From assembly GCA_018396695.1 (NCBI GenBank), contig JAGTQU010000006.1:4152-68151 (forward strand): a stretch of 64,000 bases of DNA. The letters are read 5' to 3'. Position 1 is the first letter of the stretch; each line of letters starts with the position of its first letter. The notes below the pieces were generated by a model that ran no database searches, was not told the DNA's origin, and saw nothing but the letters and a program-made list of their open reading frames with translations. The stretch comes from Candidatus Bathyarchaeota archaeon (GTDB lineage Archaea > Thermoproteota > Bathyarchaeia > TCS64). The position numbers and the translations under genes were made by a program. This document shows positions 1 to 10,459 of the stretch, in pieces.

Positions 1-345
1 GCATATAACAATAGGGTTCCCTTTGGGATGAAGATGGGGAACTTTCCCTGGACAGGCTTCTATGCATAAACCGCAGGCTGAGCATTTCGAAGAGTCCGTC
101 TCTACCGCGCCTGTCTCAGAGTTAATCGATAGAGCCCCCATGGGGCAGGCATCAACGCATGGATAATCCTCGCATTGGAAACATAAGTGAGGGACTTCCA
201 CACCTGGGACGAGCATGAAAACCCTGATCCTAGAGGCTTCAGGCCAGATCAAGCCTTCATGGCTTAGCGAGCAGGCGATCTCGCACCTCCTGCAGCCACT
301 GCAGCGCTCATAATCTCTCCTTATCCAAACCTTACTTAAACCCAT
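1..345 (-). CDS. 4Fe-4S dicluster protein (runs off the window edge)
   Basis: Manual translation from ATG at 345: MGLSKVWIRRDYERCSGCRRCEIAC...CFQCEDYPCVDACP...CSACGLCIEACP; several CxxCxxCxxxC motifs; not in the ORF track. Confidence 0.85.
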   Translation of the reverse strand, partial: MGLSKVWIRRDYERCSGCRRCEIACSLSHEGLIWPEASRIRVFMLVPGVEVPHLCFQCEDYPCVDACPMGALSINSETGAVETDSSKCSACGLCIEACPGKVPHLHPKGNPIVIC

Positions 346-494
346 TTTGACTGCCTCAGACAAAAATTACTTTTAAAGATTATGATATTACAGCGTTTAA
401 AGTTTAATTCTTCAGCTAATCTTAAAAACCAAGCATTTTTCCTATTCTCTAAAGTATAATTCAAATCTTGGGATAAAATATTTTTTCAAGATGC

Positions 495-1343
495 TTGATG
501 AGTATTGTTGCCATAGTTAAAGGCGAGAATCCTCAGGAGATGACAGTGAGAGCGCTCGAGATGGTTGAGGCTAAGGGTGCCTTAACTGAGGATAAGCCCG
601 TCTTGGTGAAACCAAACTACATCAACTCGAGACACCCTTCAACAGGAATCACCACAGATAGCAGGGTAATTGAAGGGGTCATACTGTTTCTAAAGCAATG
701 CGGAGTAAATGAGATCATAATAGGAGAGGGGAGTGGGCACTCTGACACTTTTGAAGCGTTTAGGAACGCTGGAGTAGACGCGGTAGCTGAGAGGATTGGG
801 GCCAAGCTCGTCGACTTAAACAGAGATGAGTTCGTTGAGGTTCATCCACCCAATCCACTGGCTTTGAGAAAGGTGAAGATAGCTAGGACTGCTCTGGAGA
901 GCATGGTGATAAGCGTTCCAAAACTCAAGGTTCATCGAATAACTGGAGTGACGTTGAGCGTTAAGAATATCATGGGAGTGATGACTCCGAAAGGATCCAT
1001 GCATATAGCGCTGAGCAAGAATATTGCTGACCTCGCCTCAGTCGTTAAGCCGAGGGTCTCAGTGATCGATGGCATAATAGCTGGCGAAGGACACGAGACG
1101 AGCGGGGATCCTGTTGAGATGAATCTTGTTATAGCGGGGTTGGATCCCGTAGCGGTTGATACTGTCGGAGCCTCCGTAATGGGAGTCCCTGTGAGCGAAG
1201 TCAAGCACCTCCTATACGCTGCAAAGAAGGGGCTTGGAACCTATGACTTGAACAAGATTAAGGTAGTTGGGGAGAGGATAGAAGATGTTAGGAAAGTGTT
1301 TAAGAGATCATTGTCTTCTAAGCTTCTAAGCCATCTGGCGTAA
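495..1343 (+). CDS. DUF362 domain protein
   Basis: VLVKPN, TTD..V, VPKLKVH, TLSVKNIMG and D.VAVD motifs. Confidence 0.8.
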   Translation: MMSIVAIVKGENPQEMTVRALEMVEAKGALTEDKPVLVKPNYINSRHPSTGITTDSRVIEGVILFLKQCGVNEIIIGEGSGHSDTFEAFRNAGVDAVAERIGAKLVDLNRDEFVEVHPPNPLALRKVKIARTALESMVISVPKLKVHRITGVTLSVKNIMGVMTPKGSMHIALSKNIADLASVVKPRVSVIDGIIAGEGHETSGDPVEMNLVIAGLDPVAVDTVGASVMGVPVSEVKHLLYAAKKGLGTYDLNKIKVVGERIEDVRKVFKRSLSSKLLSHLA

Positions 1344-1431
1344 TCGACAACCATCTCAATTTAAGAATTCTTGAGAAAAGAATCAAGTTCGCCTTATCCA
1401 AATCGAAGGCTTAAAAATCCGGGATTTATGA

Positions 1432-1818
1432 TTAGGTTATTTCCAATGGGATTAAATTGCCCTTTTTATCATACACTGCGACGCTATCATAATCTCTGAA
1501 TGGGGGAGCAACTATCATCAGCATCCTACCGTAAAAGTGGTTTAGATCGGTTGGAGAAGGGTGTAGGCTCCCTGACGGGTGGGAGTGGACGGTTCCAATG
1601 ATTGAGAAATCTATTGGGAGCATGTGAGGTGGAAAGCTTGTAAACCCACGTCCATATGTGGCCTGAGGAGGGATAAGCAGATCAGTAATTTTAATCTCAT
1701 TTCCACGTGTTTCTCCACGGAGTAGTAGTATGGTCTCTCTGGGATAAAGCAGCTTCGCGTTCTCTTGAATCGCCTCCATCAGCCTTTGACTGATAGAAGC
1801 CACCATACTATCTCTCAT
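1432..1818 (-). CDS. JAMM/MPN+ metalloprotease (Mov34 family)
   Basis: N-terminal E (PRET) plus HSHPSGSLHPSPTD JAMM motif. Confidence 0.85.
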   Translation of the reverse strand: MRDSMVASISQRLMEAIQENAKLLYPRETILLLRGETRGNEIKITDLLIPPQATYGRGFTSFPPHMLPIDFSIIGTVHSHPSGSLHPSPTDLNHFYGRMLMIVAPPFRDYDSVAVYDKKGNLIPLEIT

Positions 1819-1984
1819 TAGCGATGCTCCTTGACAAATTAAGTCCTAAACATAATTAAAAATCCAGAACCTTCGCAGAGACTCTTAGATTTTGTTAGAC
1901 CCTTTAACGGTTGAGAAATAAAATCTAAAAAAGAGGTGTTACCGATATGTAAGAGAGCTAAAAAACTAATGCGTAAAAAAGGTT

Positions 1985-2317
1985 GTGAAAATGGGAGAGA
2001 AGATTCTTTTCGTCTGCACCGGAAATATCGATAGGAGCCCGACGGCTGAAGAGATGTTCAAAGGCAAACCAGGGTTCTCAGTGAAATCGGCTGGGACATC
2101 TCCAGAAGCCCCAAACAAGATTTCGGCAGAGCTAATCAACTGGGCTGACAAGATTTTCGCCATGGAGGAAGAGCATAAAAGGGAAATAATACGAATAGTG
2201 CCTGAAGCTGTGCAGAAAACAATAGTTCTAGGTATTCCAGACGTGTTCAAAAGGAATCAACCAGAACTGAAACGATTGATACAGGAAAGGCTAAAGGGGT
2301 ATAGCAAGTTAACTTAA
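1985..2317 (+). CDS. Low-molecular-weight protein tyrosine phosphatase family protein
   Basis: FVCTGNIDRS CX5R loop, SAGT, WADKIFAME. Confidence 0.85.
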   Translation: MKMGEKILFVCTGNIDRSPTAEEMFKGKPGFSVKSAGTSPEAPNKISAELINWADKIFAMEEEHKREIIRIVPEAVQKTIVLGIPDVFKRNQPELKRLIQERLKGYSKLT

Positions 2318-2420
2318 AAAACCTTCTCTTTAGATCCCACAATCCAATTTCACCATATTATCTTCGATAGCGTTAAATCTATCAGCAATCGTCTCAAAGC
2401 ATTGAAAAGAAGGGGACTAA

Positions 2421-5360
2421 ATGAGCTACTGGTCTAAAAGCCTCGAAGAAACGCTGAGAGACCTAAACTCTTCTAAGAATGGTCTAAGTGAGAAAGAGGC
2501 TAAAAGTAGACTGAAGAAATACGGGCTCAATGATGTCCCTAAAAGGAAGGAGAAAACCGCTTTAAAAATTCTCAGCGATCAGGTTACAGATCTATTGGCT
2601 ATTGTATTGATCATAGCCTCAATTATTTCGTATTTTACTGGCGGAGAAACTGAGGCGTTCATAATTCTAGCCATCGTTTTGGTTAACATCCTTGTAGGAT
2701 TCATACAGGAATATAAGTCTGAGAATTCGCTGAGAAAACTCGCCTCGCTAATAAGTTACAGGGCTAAAGCCCTGAGGGGTAACGAAGTAGTTGAAGTAGA
2801 CACTAGGTATCTCGTGCCTGGAGATATTGTCCTCCTCGAGACTGGCGACAGGATCCCAGCTGATCTCCGGATTTTTGAAGCTGACGATCTTGAAATAGAT
2901 GAGTCAATCGTCACTGGAGAATCCTTTCCGGTCCATAAATCATCTGAGCCGATTAGGGTTGAGGGATTCGAACCTCAACGCATGGAGAATATGGCTTTTC
3001 TTGGCACGCTAGTGGTAAACGGTAAGGGGAAAGGCGTAGTAGTCTCTACCGGGATGGGCACCATCCTAGGAAAGGTGGCGGGCTTTTTAAAATTAACCGA
3101 GCCTGAGACTAATTATCAGAAGAACATCAAGAACTTCAGCAGGTTCCTAGTCAAAAGCATTCTCTTCGGAACGGCTTTCATATTCGTAATGAACTCTCTG
3201 ACGGGTAAAAGCCTCATCGACTCGGCATTGTTCTCCTTAGCATTAGCAGTCGGTATAATACCAGAATCGCTTCCGATTATAATCACTATCGGGCTCTCAA
3301 GAGGCGCGCTCATGCTGAGCCGCGGCGGCGTCATAGTGAAGAAGCTGAGCGTTATTGAGGATCTTGGAAACATGGACGTCCTATGCACAGACAAGACCGG
3401 GACCATCACGCAAAACAAGATAACATTGCATGACTATTTTGACTTGAATGGCAATAGAAGCGAGGAGCTGATAAAATTAGCTTCTCGCTGCGTATCCGTT
3501 ATGGAGATAAGTGGCATATTAGAGAGCACGTTTACCGGTAGCCCGATGGATGTAGCCATAGTCGAATATGCCCTAAGCCATGGTATCACACAGTCTAAAA
3601 CCGAGCTCATCGAAATAATACCATTCAATTATACTAGAAGAAGAATGAGCGTCGTGACTAGGAATGGAGAAGGGTATATGCTCATCTGCAAAGGAGCTCC
3701 TGAGAGCTTACTCCCCGTCTGCTCGTCTATGAGGATTAACGGTAACGTTACGAGGCTGGACGGGGATCGAGTTCTCAAAGCCTTCGAAGAGCTCTCTAGA
3801 AAAGGATATCGAGTTCTAGGCTTAGCAGTAAAGGATATTGAAAGGAAGGAAGATTACTCTGAATCCGATGAGCATGGTTTAACCTTTCTAGGCCTACTCT
3901 GCTTCTTAGACCCTCTGAAACCTACAGCTGAGCAGTCTATACATCAACTCAGAGAACTAGGTGTCGAGATCAAGATCTTGACTGGAGACAATCCAATCGT
4001 AACAAAGGCTAGGGCAGAAGAGGTAGGCATGAAGGTAGAGATGCTTACAGGGAAAGAAATAGACGCCATGAATGATGAAGCGATTGGAGAGGCTGTTGAA
4101 AAGACTAACGTGTTTGCGAGGCTAACACCAGACCAGAAGGCCAGAATAGTCCGAGCATTGAGCAAAAACGGTCACGTTGTAGGCTTTCTAGGTGACGGGG
4201 TTAACGACGCGCCGCCTTTGAAGAGCGCCGATGTGGGAATATCTGTAGACGGCGCTGTAGACATAGCGAAAGAGGCGGCGGATATAATCCTGACGGAGAG
4301 TAGTCTAGAGATTATTTCCAAAGGTATTGTGGAAGGTAGAAAAACCTTCAGCAACACAACCAAGTACGTACTGAACACTGTTTCCGCCAACCTAGGCAAT
4401 ATGGCATCGCTTGCCGTAATCTCAGTTATATTAGACTTTCTCCCCATGCTCCCCTTCCAAGTCCTACTTACAAACCTGATAAGTGACGGGCCACTTCTAT
4501 CGATCTCGACGGATAAGGTTGATGAGGAGGAGCTACGTAAGCCTAAGAACTGGAATATAGGTTTGATAAGTAGGTTCTCAGCTTTCTTCGGGGGTATAAG
4601 CTCAGTATTCGACTTCACAACTTTCGGTATAGCCTTGGCTCTAGCAGGAGACAATGTAATGTTGTTTAGAACTGCATGGTTCATCGAGTCCACGCTGTCT
4701 GAGATTATAGTAACATTCGCGATTCGAACAAAGAAGAGGTTCTATCAGAGTAGCCCAAGCAGAATTCTATTATCCATGTCCATCATATGCGGCCTATTAA
4801 CAGTGCTTCTCCCCTACTCCCCGGTCAATACAATATTCGAATTTTATCCACCCCCCTTAATACTCCTAGCGATAATAGGGGGCATACTGTTAACTTACTT
4901 CACCATAGATGAAATATTTAAGAAATTATTCTGGATGCGATATGTACCCGCCCTCGAACTGGTTGTGATTCCCACTAAGAGGATCGAGCTCACTAGAACT
5001 CTAAGACTGATGCAGATCATAGTTGCGGCGATATGCCTCCGCTCCGAAGAGGAGATTTCCATTAATTCTATACTAGATGTTCTTAAAGACAGTTTAGAAT
5101 TTCCCTTTAAACAGGAGCAAGTCATTCACAACTTATTCTATCTCCGGCGGGGGGGTCTAATCAGCGTAGATAACCTTAAAAAAACTGTTAAACGCGAAGA
5201 ATTGATGAAAGAATATATTTTGAAACAGGCTAAAAGCGAGTTTTGGTCCGAGATACGCAAAGATTGGCTAAAAGTTAGTTCCACAACCCTAATTAAGTAT
5301 GGTGAAGTTAACCCCGAATACCAGCAACTTCTAACCCGAGAGATTTCTTTAAAAACTTAA
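2421..5360 (+). CDS. mgtA: Mg2+-translocating P-type ATPase (MgtA-like) with C-terminal extension
   Basis: TGES, DKTGT, KGAPE, TGD, GDGVND; GRKTFSNTTKY and FRTAWFIES are typical of MgtA. Confidence 0.8.
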   Translation: MSYWSKSLEETLRDLNSSKNGLSEKEAKSRLKKYGLNDVPKRKEKTALKILSDQVTDLLAIVLIIASIISYFTGGETEAFIILAIVLVNILVGFIQEYKSENSLRKLASLISYRAKALRGNEVVEVDTRYLVPGDIVLLETGDRIPADLRIFEADDLEIDESIVTGESFPVHKSSEPIRVEGFEPQRMENMAFLGTLVVNGKGKGVVVSTGMGTILGKVAGFLKLTEPETNYQKNIKNFSRFLVKSILFGTAFIFVMNSLTGKSLIDSALFSLALAVGIIPESLPIIITIGLSRGALMLSRGGVIVKKLSVIEDLGNMDVLCTDKTGTITQNKITLHDYFDLNGNRSEELIKLASRCVSVMEISGILESTFTGSPMDVAIVEYALSHGITQSKTELIEIIPFNYTRRRMSVVTRNGEGYMLICKGAPESLLPVCSSMRINGNVTRLDGDRVLKAFEELSRKGYRVLGLAVKDIERKEDYSESDEHGLTFLGLLCFLDPLKPTAEQSIHQLRELGVEIKILTGDNPIVTKARAEEVGMKVEMLTGKEIDAMNDEAIGEAVEKTNVFARLTPDQKARIVRALSKNGHVVGFLGDGVNDAPPLKSADVGISVDGAVDIAKEAADIILTESSLEIISKGIVEGRKTFSNTTKYVLNTVSANLGNMASLAVISVILDFLPMLPFQVLLTNLISDGPLLSISTDKVDEEELRKPKNWNIGLISRFSAFFGGISSVFDFTTFGIALALAGDNVMLFRTAWFIESTLSEIIVTFAIRTKKRFYQSSPSRILLSMSIICGLLTVLLPYSPVNTIFEFYPPPLILLAIIGGILLTYFTIDEIFKKLFWMRYVPALELVVIPTKRIELTRTLRLMQIIVAAICLRSEEEISINSILDVLKDSLEFPFKQEQVIHNLFYLRRGGLISVDNLKKTVKREELMKEYILKQAKSEFWSEIRKDWLKVSSTTLIKYGEVNPEYQQLLTREISLKT

Positions 5361-5391
5361 ACCATTTACTATAAAGATTCGAGGCTAAATT

Positions 5392-5805
5392 ATGGAATCA
5401 CCTACGAAAAAGTCGATGAATAGATTCTCAGCTTTCGCCGTCATATTGATCGTAGCAATACCTTTAGCTTACATGGCGATTACTTATCCTAGAATAGTAA
5501 GCACCTATTCTGTCTCATTTACATTAGGCATAAACTCGAAACGGATAGAGTTTGAAGTACCCTTCTTGCATGACTCGGTCAGAATAGAGGTATCGGTTCG
5601 CACTGGAGCCGCTTTATGGGCTGCAAAAATTATGAGTGGTGGAAACTTATTATGGAGCCATACCACTACTCAAGGAGGACAAACAACTTATATGAGCGAT
5701 TGGATTGGAATGCCAAGCGGTCGCTATAATCTAACTTTTGCAACGATCGGTATAGGCTCAATGGAAGCAGAAATCAAGATAACATCGAAGGGGGGATTAT
5801 GGTAA
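5392..5805 (+). CDS. Hypothetical protein with N-terminal membrane anchor
   Basis: 137-aa ORF with one hydrophobic N-terminal helix and a beta-rich remainder. Confidence 0.6.
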   Translation: MESPTKKSMNRFSAFAVILIVAIPLAYMAITYPRIVSTYSVSFTLGINSKRIEFEVPFLHDSVRIEVSVRTGAALWAAKIMSGGNLLWSHTTTQGGQTTYMSDWIGMPSGRYNLTFATIGIGSMEAEIKITSKGGLW

Positions 5806-5926
5806 AAATCTTTCCCCCGTCTAACTTAAATTTGCATATTAAATTTCAACATTAACTAATTCTAGGTTGGGTGCTTTATATGGATATGCTTATACTAAAG
5901 ACTAAATGATTTTTAATTGATTAATC

Positions 5927-6580
5927 ATGGAGACGAAGATAGAGAAGCCCTCAATGCTCCTTATAGGGGAACAGGCTCCAGACTTTGAAGCAGTAACCAC
6001 ACATGGAAGGAAGCGGCTCTCAGACTATAAGGGAAAATGGATTATCCTTTTCTCCCATCCAGCTGACTTCACGCCTGTATGTACGACGGAGTTCGTAGCC
6101 TTTAGCGAGATCCATGACGAGCTTACGAAGAGAAACGTCCAACTCATAGGTTTAAGCATAGACAGCGTCCATTCACACATAGCGTGGGTTAGATGGATTA
6201 AAGAAAAGATGGGCGTACAAATACCTTTCCCAATAATAGCTGACTTAGACATGAAAGTCGCAAGCCTCTTCGGAATGATCCATCCTAAGCAGAGCTCGAC
6301 ATCAGCAATCAGAGCCGTCTTCTTCATAGACCCGGAGCAGAAGATTAGAGCCGTAATATACTACCCTCTGAACGTAGGTCGAAACATGCAGGAGATCCTG
6401 AGAGTTTTGGACGCCCTTCAGACCGCGGACAAGCATAAGGTGGCCCTACCTGCGAACTGGAAGCCTGGAGACAAAGCTATAGTGCCTCCGCCAGCCACCC
6501 AGGAAGACGCTGAGAAGAGGCTGAGTGAAGGCTACGAATGCGTAGACTGGTTCCTCTGTAAGAAGAGTCTACCCTCCTAA
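5927..6580 (+). CDS. Peroxiredoxin (Prx6/archaeal type)
   Basis: FSHPADFTPVCTTE motif; C-terminal ECVDWFLCKK. Confidence 0.92.
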   Translation: METKIEKPSMLLIGEQAPDFEAVTTHGRKRLSDYKGKWIILFSHPADFTPVCTTEFVAFSEIHDELTKRNVQLIGLSIDSVHSHIAWVRWIKEKMGVQIPFPIIADLDMKVASLFGMIHPKQSSTSAIRAVFFIDPEQKIRAVIYYPLNVGRNMQEILRVLDALQTADKHKVALPANWKPGDKAIVPPPATQEDAEKRLSEGYECVDWFLCKKSLPS

Positions 6581-6626
6581 ACCTTTTTTCACTTGTATAA
6601 CGAATAATTCTGGATAGGCATTCAAA

Positions 6627-7400
6627 ATGGCTTTAAAAACATACAGTTTCCAGAGATGGATTAATATTTTGACATTCGCCGCCACTATTATAATCAACGG
6701 TTTAGCAGGTAGCGCAAGGCTTATCGGCGGTAAGACTACCGCAGAGGTTTCGGATTCTTTTCCAACTCTAATAACTCCTGCAGGCTATGTTTTCTCGATA
6801 TGGGGAGTCATATACGTTTTATTAGGCGTATTCATGGTTTACCAAGCTTTGCCGAGCCAAAAAAATAACCGCTTCCAAGAGAAGGTTGGATGGTTATTCG
6901 CTTTAAGCAACCTGTTAAATATTTTCTGGATATTTCTTTGGCATTTCGGGCAACTCGTTTTATCCGTAATCTTGATGACCCTAATTTTCCTTGACCTAAT
7001 ACTAATTTACCTACGCCTACAGACCGTTAAGACCGGAGTTTCAACCCTTGAGAAAATAGCCGTTCATCTACCCTTCAGCGTCTACCTAGGCTGGATCACA
7101 ATAGCATCCATAGCAAATTTTGCCGCGATGCTAGTATCGGTTAGATGGGACGGGTTCGGCATAAGCTCTGAAATATGGGCTGTTTTAATCATAATAGTAG
7201 CTACATGTGTTACAGTCCTTGTATTGGCAACAAAAAGGGATATACCCTACTCCCTTGTAGTTGTTTGGGCGTTGCTTGGAATCGCGGTAGCCCAAGGGAA
7301 AACTCAAATAGTTGTTGTGACATCAGAGTTTTGCACATTCCTTATAATACTGACCATAGCCATAATAATTTTCTCTAAGAAACTACGCAAAAGCCCCTAA
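6627..7400 (+). CDS. TspO/MBR-related tryptophan-rich membrane protein
   Basis: TPAGYVFSIWG, PFSVYLGWITIA; multiple TM helices. Confidence 0.75.
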   Translation: MALKTYSFQRWINILTFAATIIINGLAGSARLIGGKTTAEVSDSFPTLITPAGYVFSIWGVIYVLLGVFMVYQALPSQKNNRFQEKVGWLFALSNLLNIFWIFLWHFGQLVLSVILMTLIFLDLILIYLRLQTVKTGVSTLEKIAVHLPFSVYLGWITIASIANFAAMLVSVRWDGFGISSEIWAVLIIIVATCVTVLVLATKRDIPYSLVVVWALLGIAVAQGKTQIVVVTSEFCTFLIILTIAIIIFSKKLRKSP

Positions 7401-7500
7401 ACCTTGAAAAAGGTTGAATTATCCTATTTTTTCATAAAATACCTGAAAAATAATGGAATCCGTAAAATCGTTTAATAGGCTTCAAGCTTGATCCAAAAAG

Positions 7501-8181
7501 TTAGATGAATCCTCTACTCCTAAGATAGATTATCACAGAGACGATTATTATAATCGCTAGAAGGACAAGATAGGGTAGCCAAGCCATAAGAATGTCCTGA
7601 ATCGATGGAGGCTTAACTTGAGCCGGTATGGTGTAGGTGACATACCCCTCATCTGGCGCGTAGTCTGTTTCAGTCTCGGTAACGAACAGAAGATTTATCG
7701 CGGCTGTAACACCGAGATCCGAGACCGATAAGGCAATGCTTATACTGCTAGAATCCTTCTTCGACTGCAGAGCCTTGTCCTTCACCCATGCTGAACCAGA
7801 CCACTTATAGAGGTAGAAGAAAGGGGTTGCTCCATCTGACATATGGATGTAATAGTCGGCACCCATTTTATGCGTTCCTAAATAGCCTGAACTGTCTCCT
7901 GTTGATCGACTCCCGTCAGAATCGATCCATATGTACAATGATTCTGGCTGGATCGTCCCTAAAACCCTTACATTAAAGTAGATAATACCCTCCTCTACCG
8001 TGACCCTGCAGGAGATTATGTCATAGTTAGGCTCCTCATCCTCCCTTGTATCAACGACGACGGGGACAACATTCGAGAAATCAGGCCAGGGAAGATACGT
8101 CTGAGACTTGGCTAAGCCTATTATAGAAGGAATGACCAACAATTGGGTTATAAAGATGAAGACGAGAAAACTACTCTTCAT
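7501..8181 (-). CDS. Hypothetical exported protein with C-terminal membrane anchor
   Basis: Signal-like N-terminus, acidic beta-rich core (IWIDSDGSRSTGD), C-terminal TM helix followed by basic residues. Confidence 0.65.
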   Translation of the reverse strand: MKSSFLVFIFITQLLVIPSIIGLAKSQTYLPWPDFSNVVPVVVDTREDEEPNYDIISCRVTVEEGIIYFNVRVLGTIQPESLYIWIDSDGSRSTGDSSGYLGTHKMGADYYIHMSDGATPFFYLYKWSGSAWVKDKALQSKKDSSSISIALSVSDLGVTAAINLLFVTETETDYAPDEGYVTYTIPAQVKPPSIQDILMAWLPYLVLLAIIIIVSVIIYLRSRGFI

Positions 8182-8421
8182 TAAAGATCAGTTGAATGTT
8201 ACCTTATAACTATATAAAATTTATCACGAAGAAATAAGATGAACCAAGTATTCAAAAATCTAAAACATCATTAACCTCGGCACAAGAACAGTATCACATG
8301 TTGTTTTTGAGGGCATTTGAAAAAGTTTTCCAAAAATATGCCTGCAGAATAGCACCGGCATCTTCAGAAATAGACTATTTTTAATAAACATACAACTCTT
8401 AAACATAATACAGGTGGTTGT

Positions 8422-9297
8422 TTGAGCGAAGAAAAGAGGGAGAGCCTAGTTAAGATAGCGTGCTGCCAGATCGAGCCTAAAGTAGGTTTAAAGGAGCAGA
8501 ATGTGAAAAAAACCTTGGATTATATACGCAAAGCTGTAGACGAAGAGGCTAATCTAATCCTTCTACCCGAGCTTTCGAACACTGGATACGTTTTCAACAC
8601 ACGCCAAGAAGCTTACGAGCTAGCGGAGAAGATCCCTGAAGGAGATACGGCTCAGACCTGGGTTGAATATGCTGAGAAACACGGCGTATACATAGCAGCA
8701 GGGATCGCTGAGAGAGATGGGGATAATCTTTACAACTCTTCAATACTTGTGGGTCCTGAAGGGTTTATCGGTAACTATAGGAAACTCCACCTCTGGAACA
8801 GAGAGAAACTCTTCTTCGAGCCAGGCGACCTTGGGCTCCCCGTATACAATACACCAATAGGCAGGTTGGGGATGTACATCTGCTATGATATGTGGTTTCC
8901 CGAGATGACGAGGATTTATGCCCTCCAGGGTGTAGACTTAATCCTTAACGTAACTAACTGGGTTGCATCAGAGAAGCCTTCAGAGGACAGTCGGCTCACT
9001 GAGACTGTATGCGTCTCCAACGCGTATATGAACGCCATCTTCATAGCGGCTGCCGACAGGATCGGCGTCGAGAGGATGCAGCCTTTCCTGGGCAGAAGCA
9101 TGATAGTCTCGCCTTCGGGTGAGGTGCTCGGCGGACCAGCCAGCTACGATAGCGAGGAGATCATCTATGCGAAGTGCAACCTATCTGAAGCGCGGCTGAG
9201 GAAGAGGAAGACGAGGCTAAACCATGTAATCTTAGACAGACGGACCGACGTATATGATGCTCTCTTAGGGTATGGAGAGATACCGTTCAATTGGTGA
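8422..9297 (+). CDS. Nitrilase/carbon-nitrogen hydrolase family protein
   Basis: E-K-C triad: LPEL, YRKLHL, ICYDMWFPE. Confidence 0.9.
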   Translation: MSEEKRESLVKIACCQIEPKVGLKEQNVKKTLDYIRKAVDEEANLILLPELSNTGYVFNTRQEAYELAEKIPEGDTAQTWVEYAEKHGVYIAAGIAERDGDNLYNSSILVGPEGFIGNYRKLHLWNREKLFFEPGDLGLPVYNTPIGRLGMYICYDMWFPEMTRIYALQGVDLILNVTNWVASEKPSEDSRLTETVCVSNAYMNAIFIAAADRIGVERMQPFLGRSMIVSPSGEVLGGPASYDSEEIIYAKCNLSEARLRKRKTRLNHVILDRRTDVYDALLGYGEIPFNW

Positions 9298-9322
9298 CTA
9301 GAAGAGATCGGAAGTCTTTTTT

Positions 9323-10300
9323 TTAAAGCTTGAGAAGCCTTTCAGCATTCTCTCCTAGAATATCTCTCTTATCCGTTTCGCTTATGGGTAGACCCCTGAT
9401 CCTGGCAACTGCATTCTCCAGATCCCCTATCTGGTGGGGGAAGTCGCTTCCCATTAGGATCTTCTCAGCCCCAAGGAACCTGTAAGTTGACATGAAGACA
9501 TCTTCATCATATATTATCGAATCGACCCAAATCTTCCTGAGGTAATGTGAAGGCGGCTCCTTAATCTTCACCTTGCACTCGGGGTAAGCATTGTAGCCTA
9601 CATCGATCCTTCCTCGAAGGTAGGGGTAGACACCTCCCAAATGAGAGGCGACAAGCTTCAAGGCGGGGAACTTTTTTAAAACTCCGCTGAAGACTAGCCT
9701 GAGGACGGATAGAGTCGTATCAACCCCAAATCCTAGAATAGGAACGAGTCTGAAGCCATCTAGGTAAAGATGATTTATAGGCGAGGTTGGGTGTACGTAT
9801 AAAGGCACATCAAGCCTAACGGCTTTATCAAACAAGGGTGTAAAATCCTCTGAGTCAAGAGGCTTCCCGTTAACGTTAGAGAGGAGCATAGCTCCCTTTA
9901 AGCCGCACTCTTTAACAGCTCTCTCAAGCTCCTCAGCGGCTTTATCAGGCTTCTGGAGCGGTAGGGTGGCGAGGGCAGTAAACCTATCTGGATACTTCTC
10001 AATGATTTCGCCGAATTCGTTGTTGGTAAGCCGGGCGAGTTTGATCCCCTGTTCAGGCTCCTCGCGTTCAACTCCCGGAGTCGTCAAGGTTAGAACCTGT
10101 TTATCGACCCCGTACTTGTCCATCGCCTTAATCCTTTCACCTAAATCAACATGAGGACCTACAACTATGTTGTAGTCTCCCTCGTAGCTGATGATCAGCC
10201 GACCTAGACTATCCTTGGAGACAGAGGCATAGCCATGTCCCTTCTTCAACTCGTCGATGTAAGCCTTAGGGTAGAAGTGGTTGTGAAAATCTATTATCAA
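9323..10300 (-). CDS. Amidohydrolase_2 family protein (ACMSD/aromatic acid decarboxylase-like)
   Basis: IDFHNH, YVHP, SHLGG, MGSDFPH. Confidence 0.85.
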   Translation of the reverse strand: MIIDFHNHFYPKAYIDELKKGHGYASVSKDSLGRLIISYEGDYNIVVGPHVDLGERIKAMDKYGVDKQVLTLTTPGVEREEPEQGIKLARLTNNEFGEIIEKYPDRFTALATLPLQKPDKAAEELERAVKECGLKGAMLLSNVNGKPLDSEDFTPLFDKAVRLDVPLYVHPTSPINHLYLDGFRLVPILGFGVDTTLSVLRLVFSGVLKKFPALKLVASHLGGVYPYLRGRIDVGYNAYPECKVKIKEPPSHYLRKIWVDSIIYDEDVFMSTYRFLGAEKILMGSDFPHQIGDLENAVARIRGLPISETDKRDILGENAERLLKL

Positions 10301-10459
10301 CTTGATCTCTCTAAATACCTCTAAACCCCTCTAATAAAAGAATTGGATACGTTAACCTATCCAAACGGCTTTGTAATAGGAAGATGAAAGAAAAGAATTT
10401 TCCATTTATGTATACGTGTCTCAAAGGATCAGTAAAATCATTAGAATGTGATTTATGTT

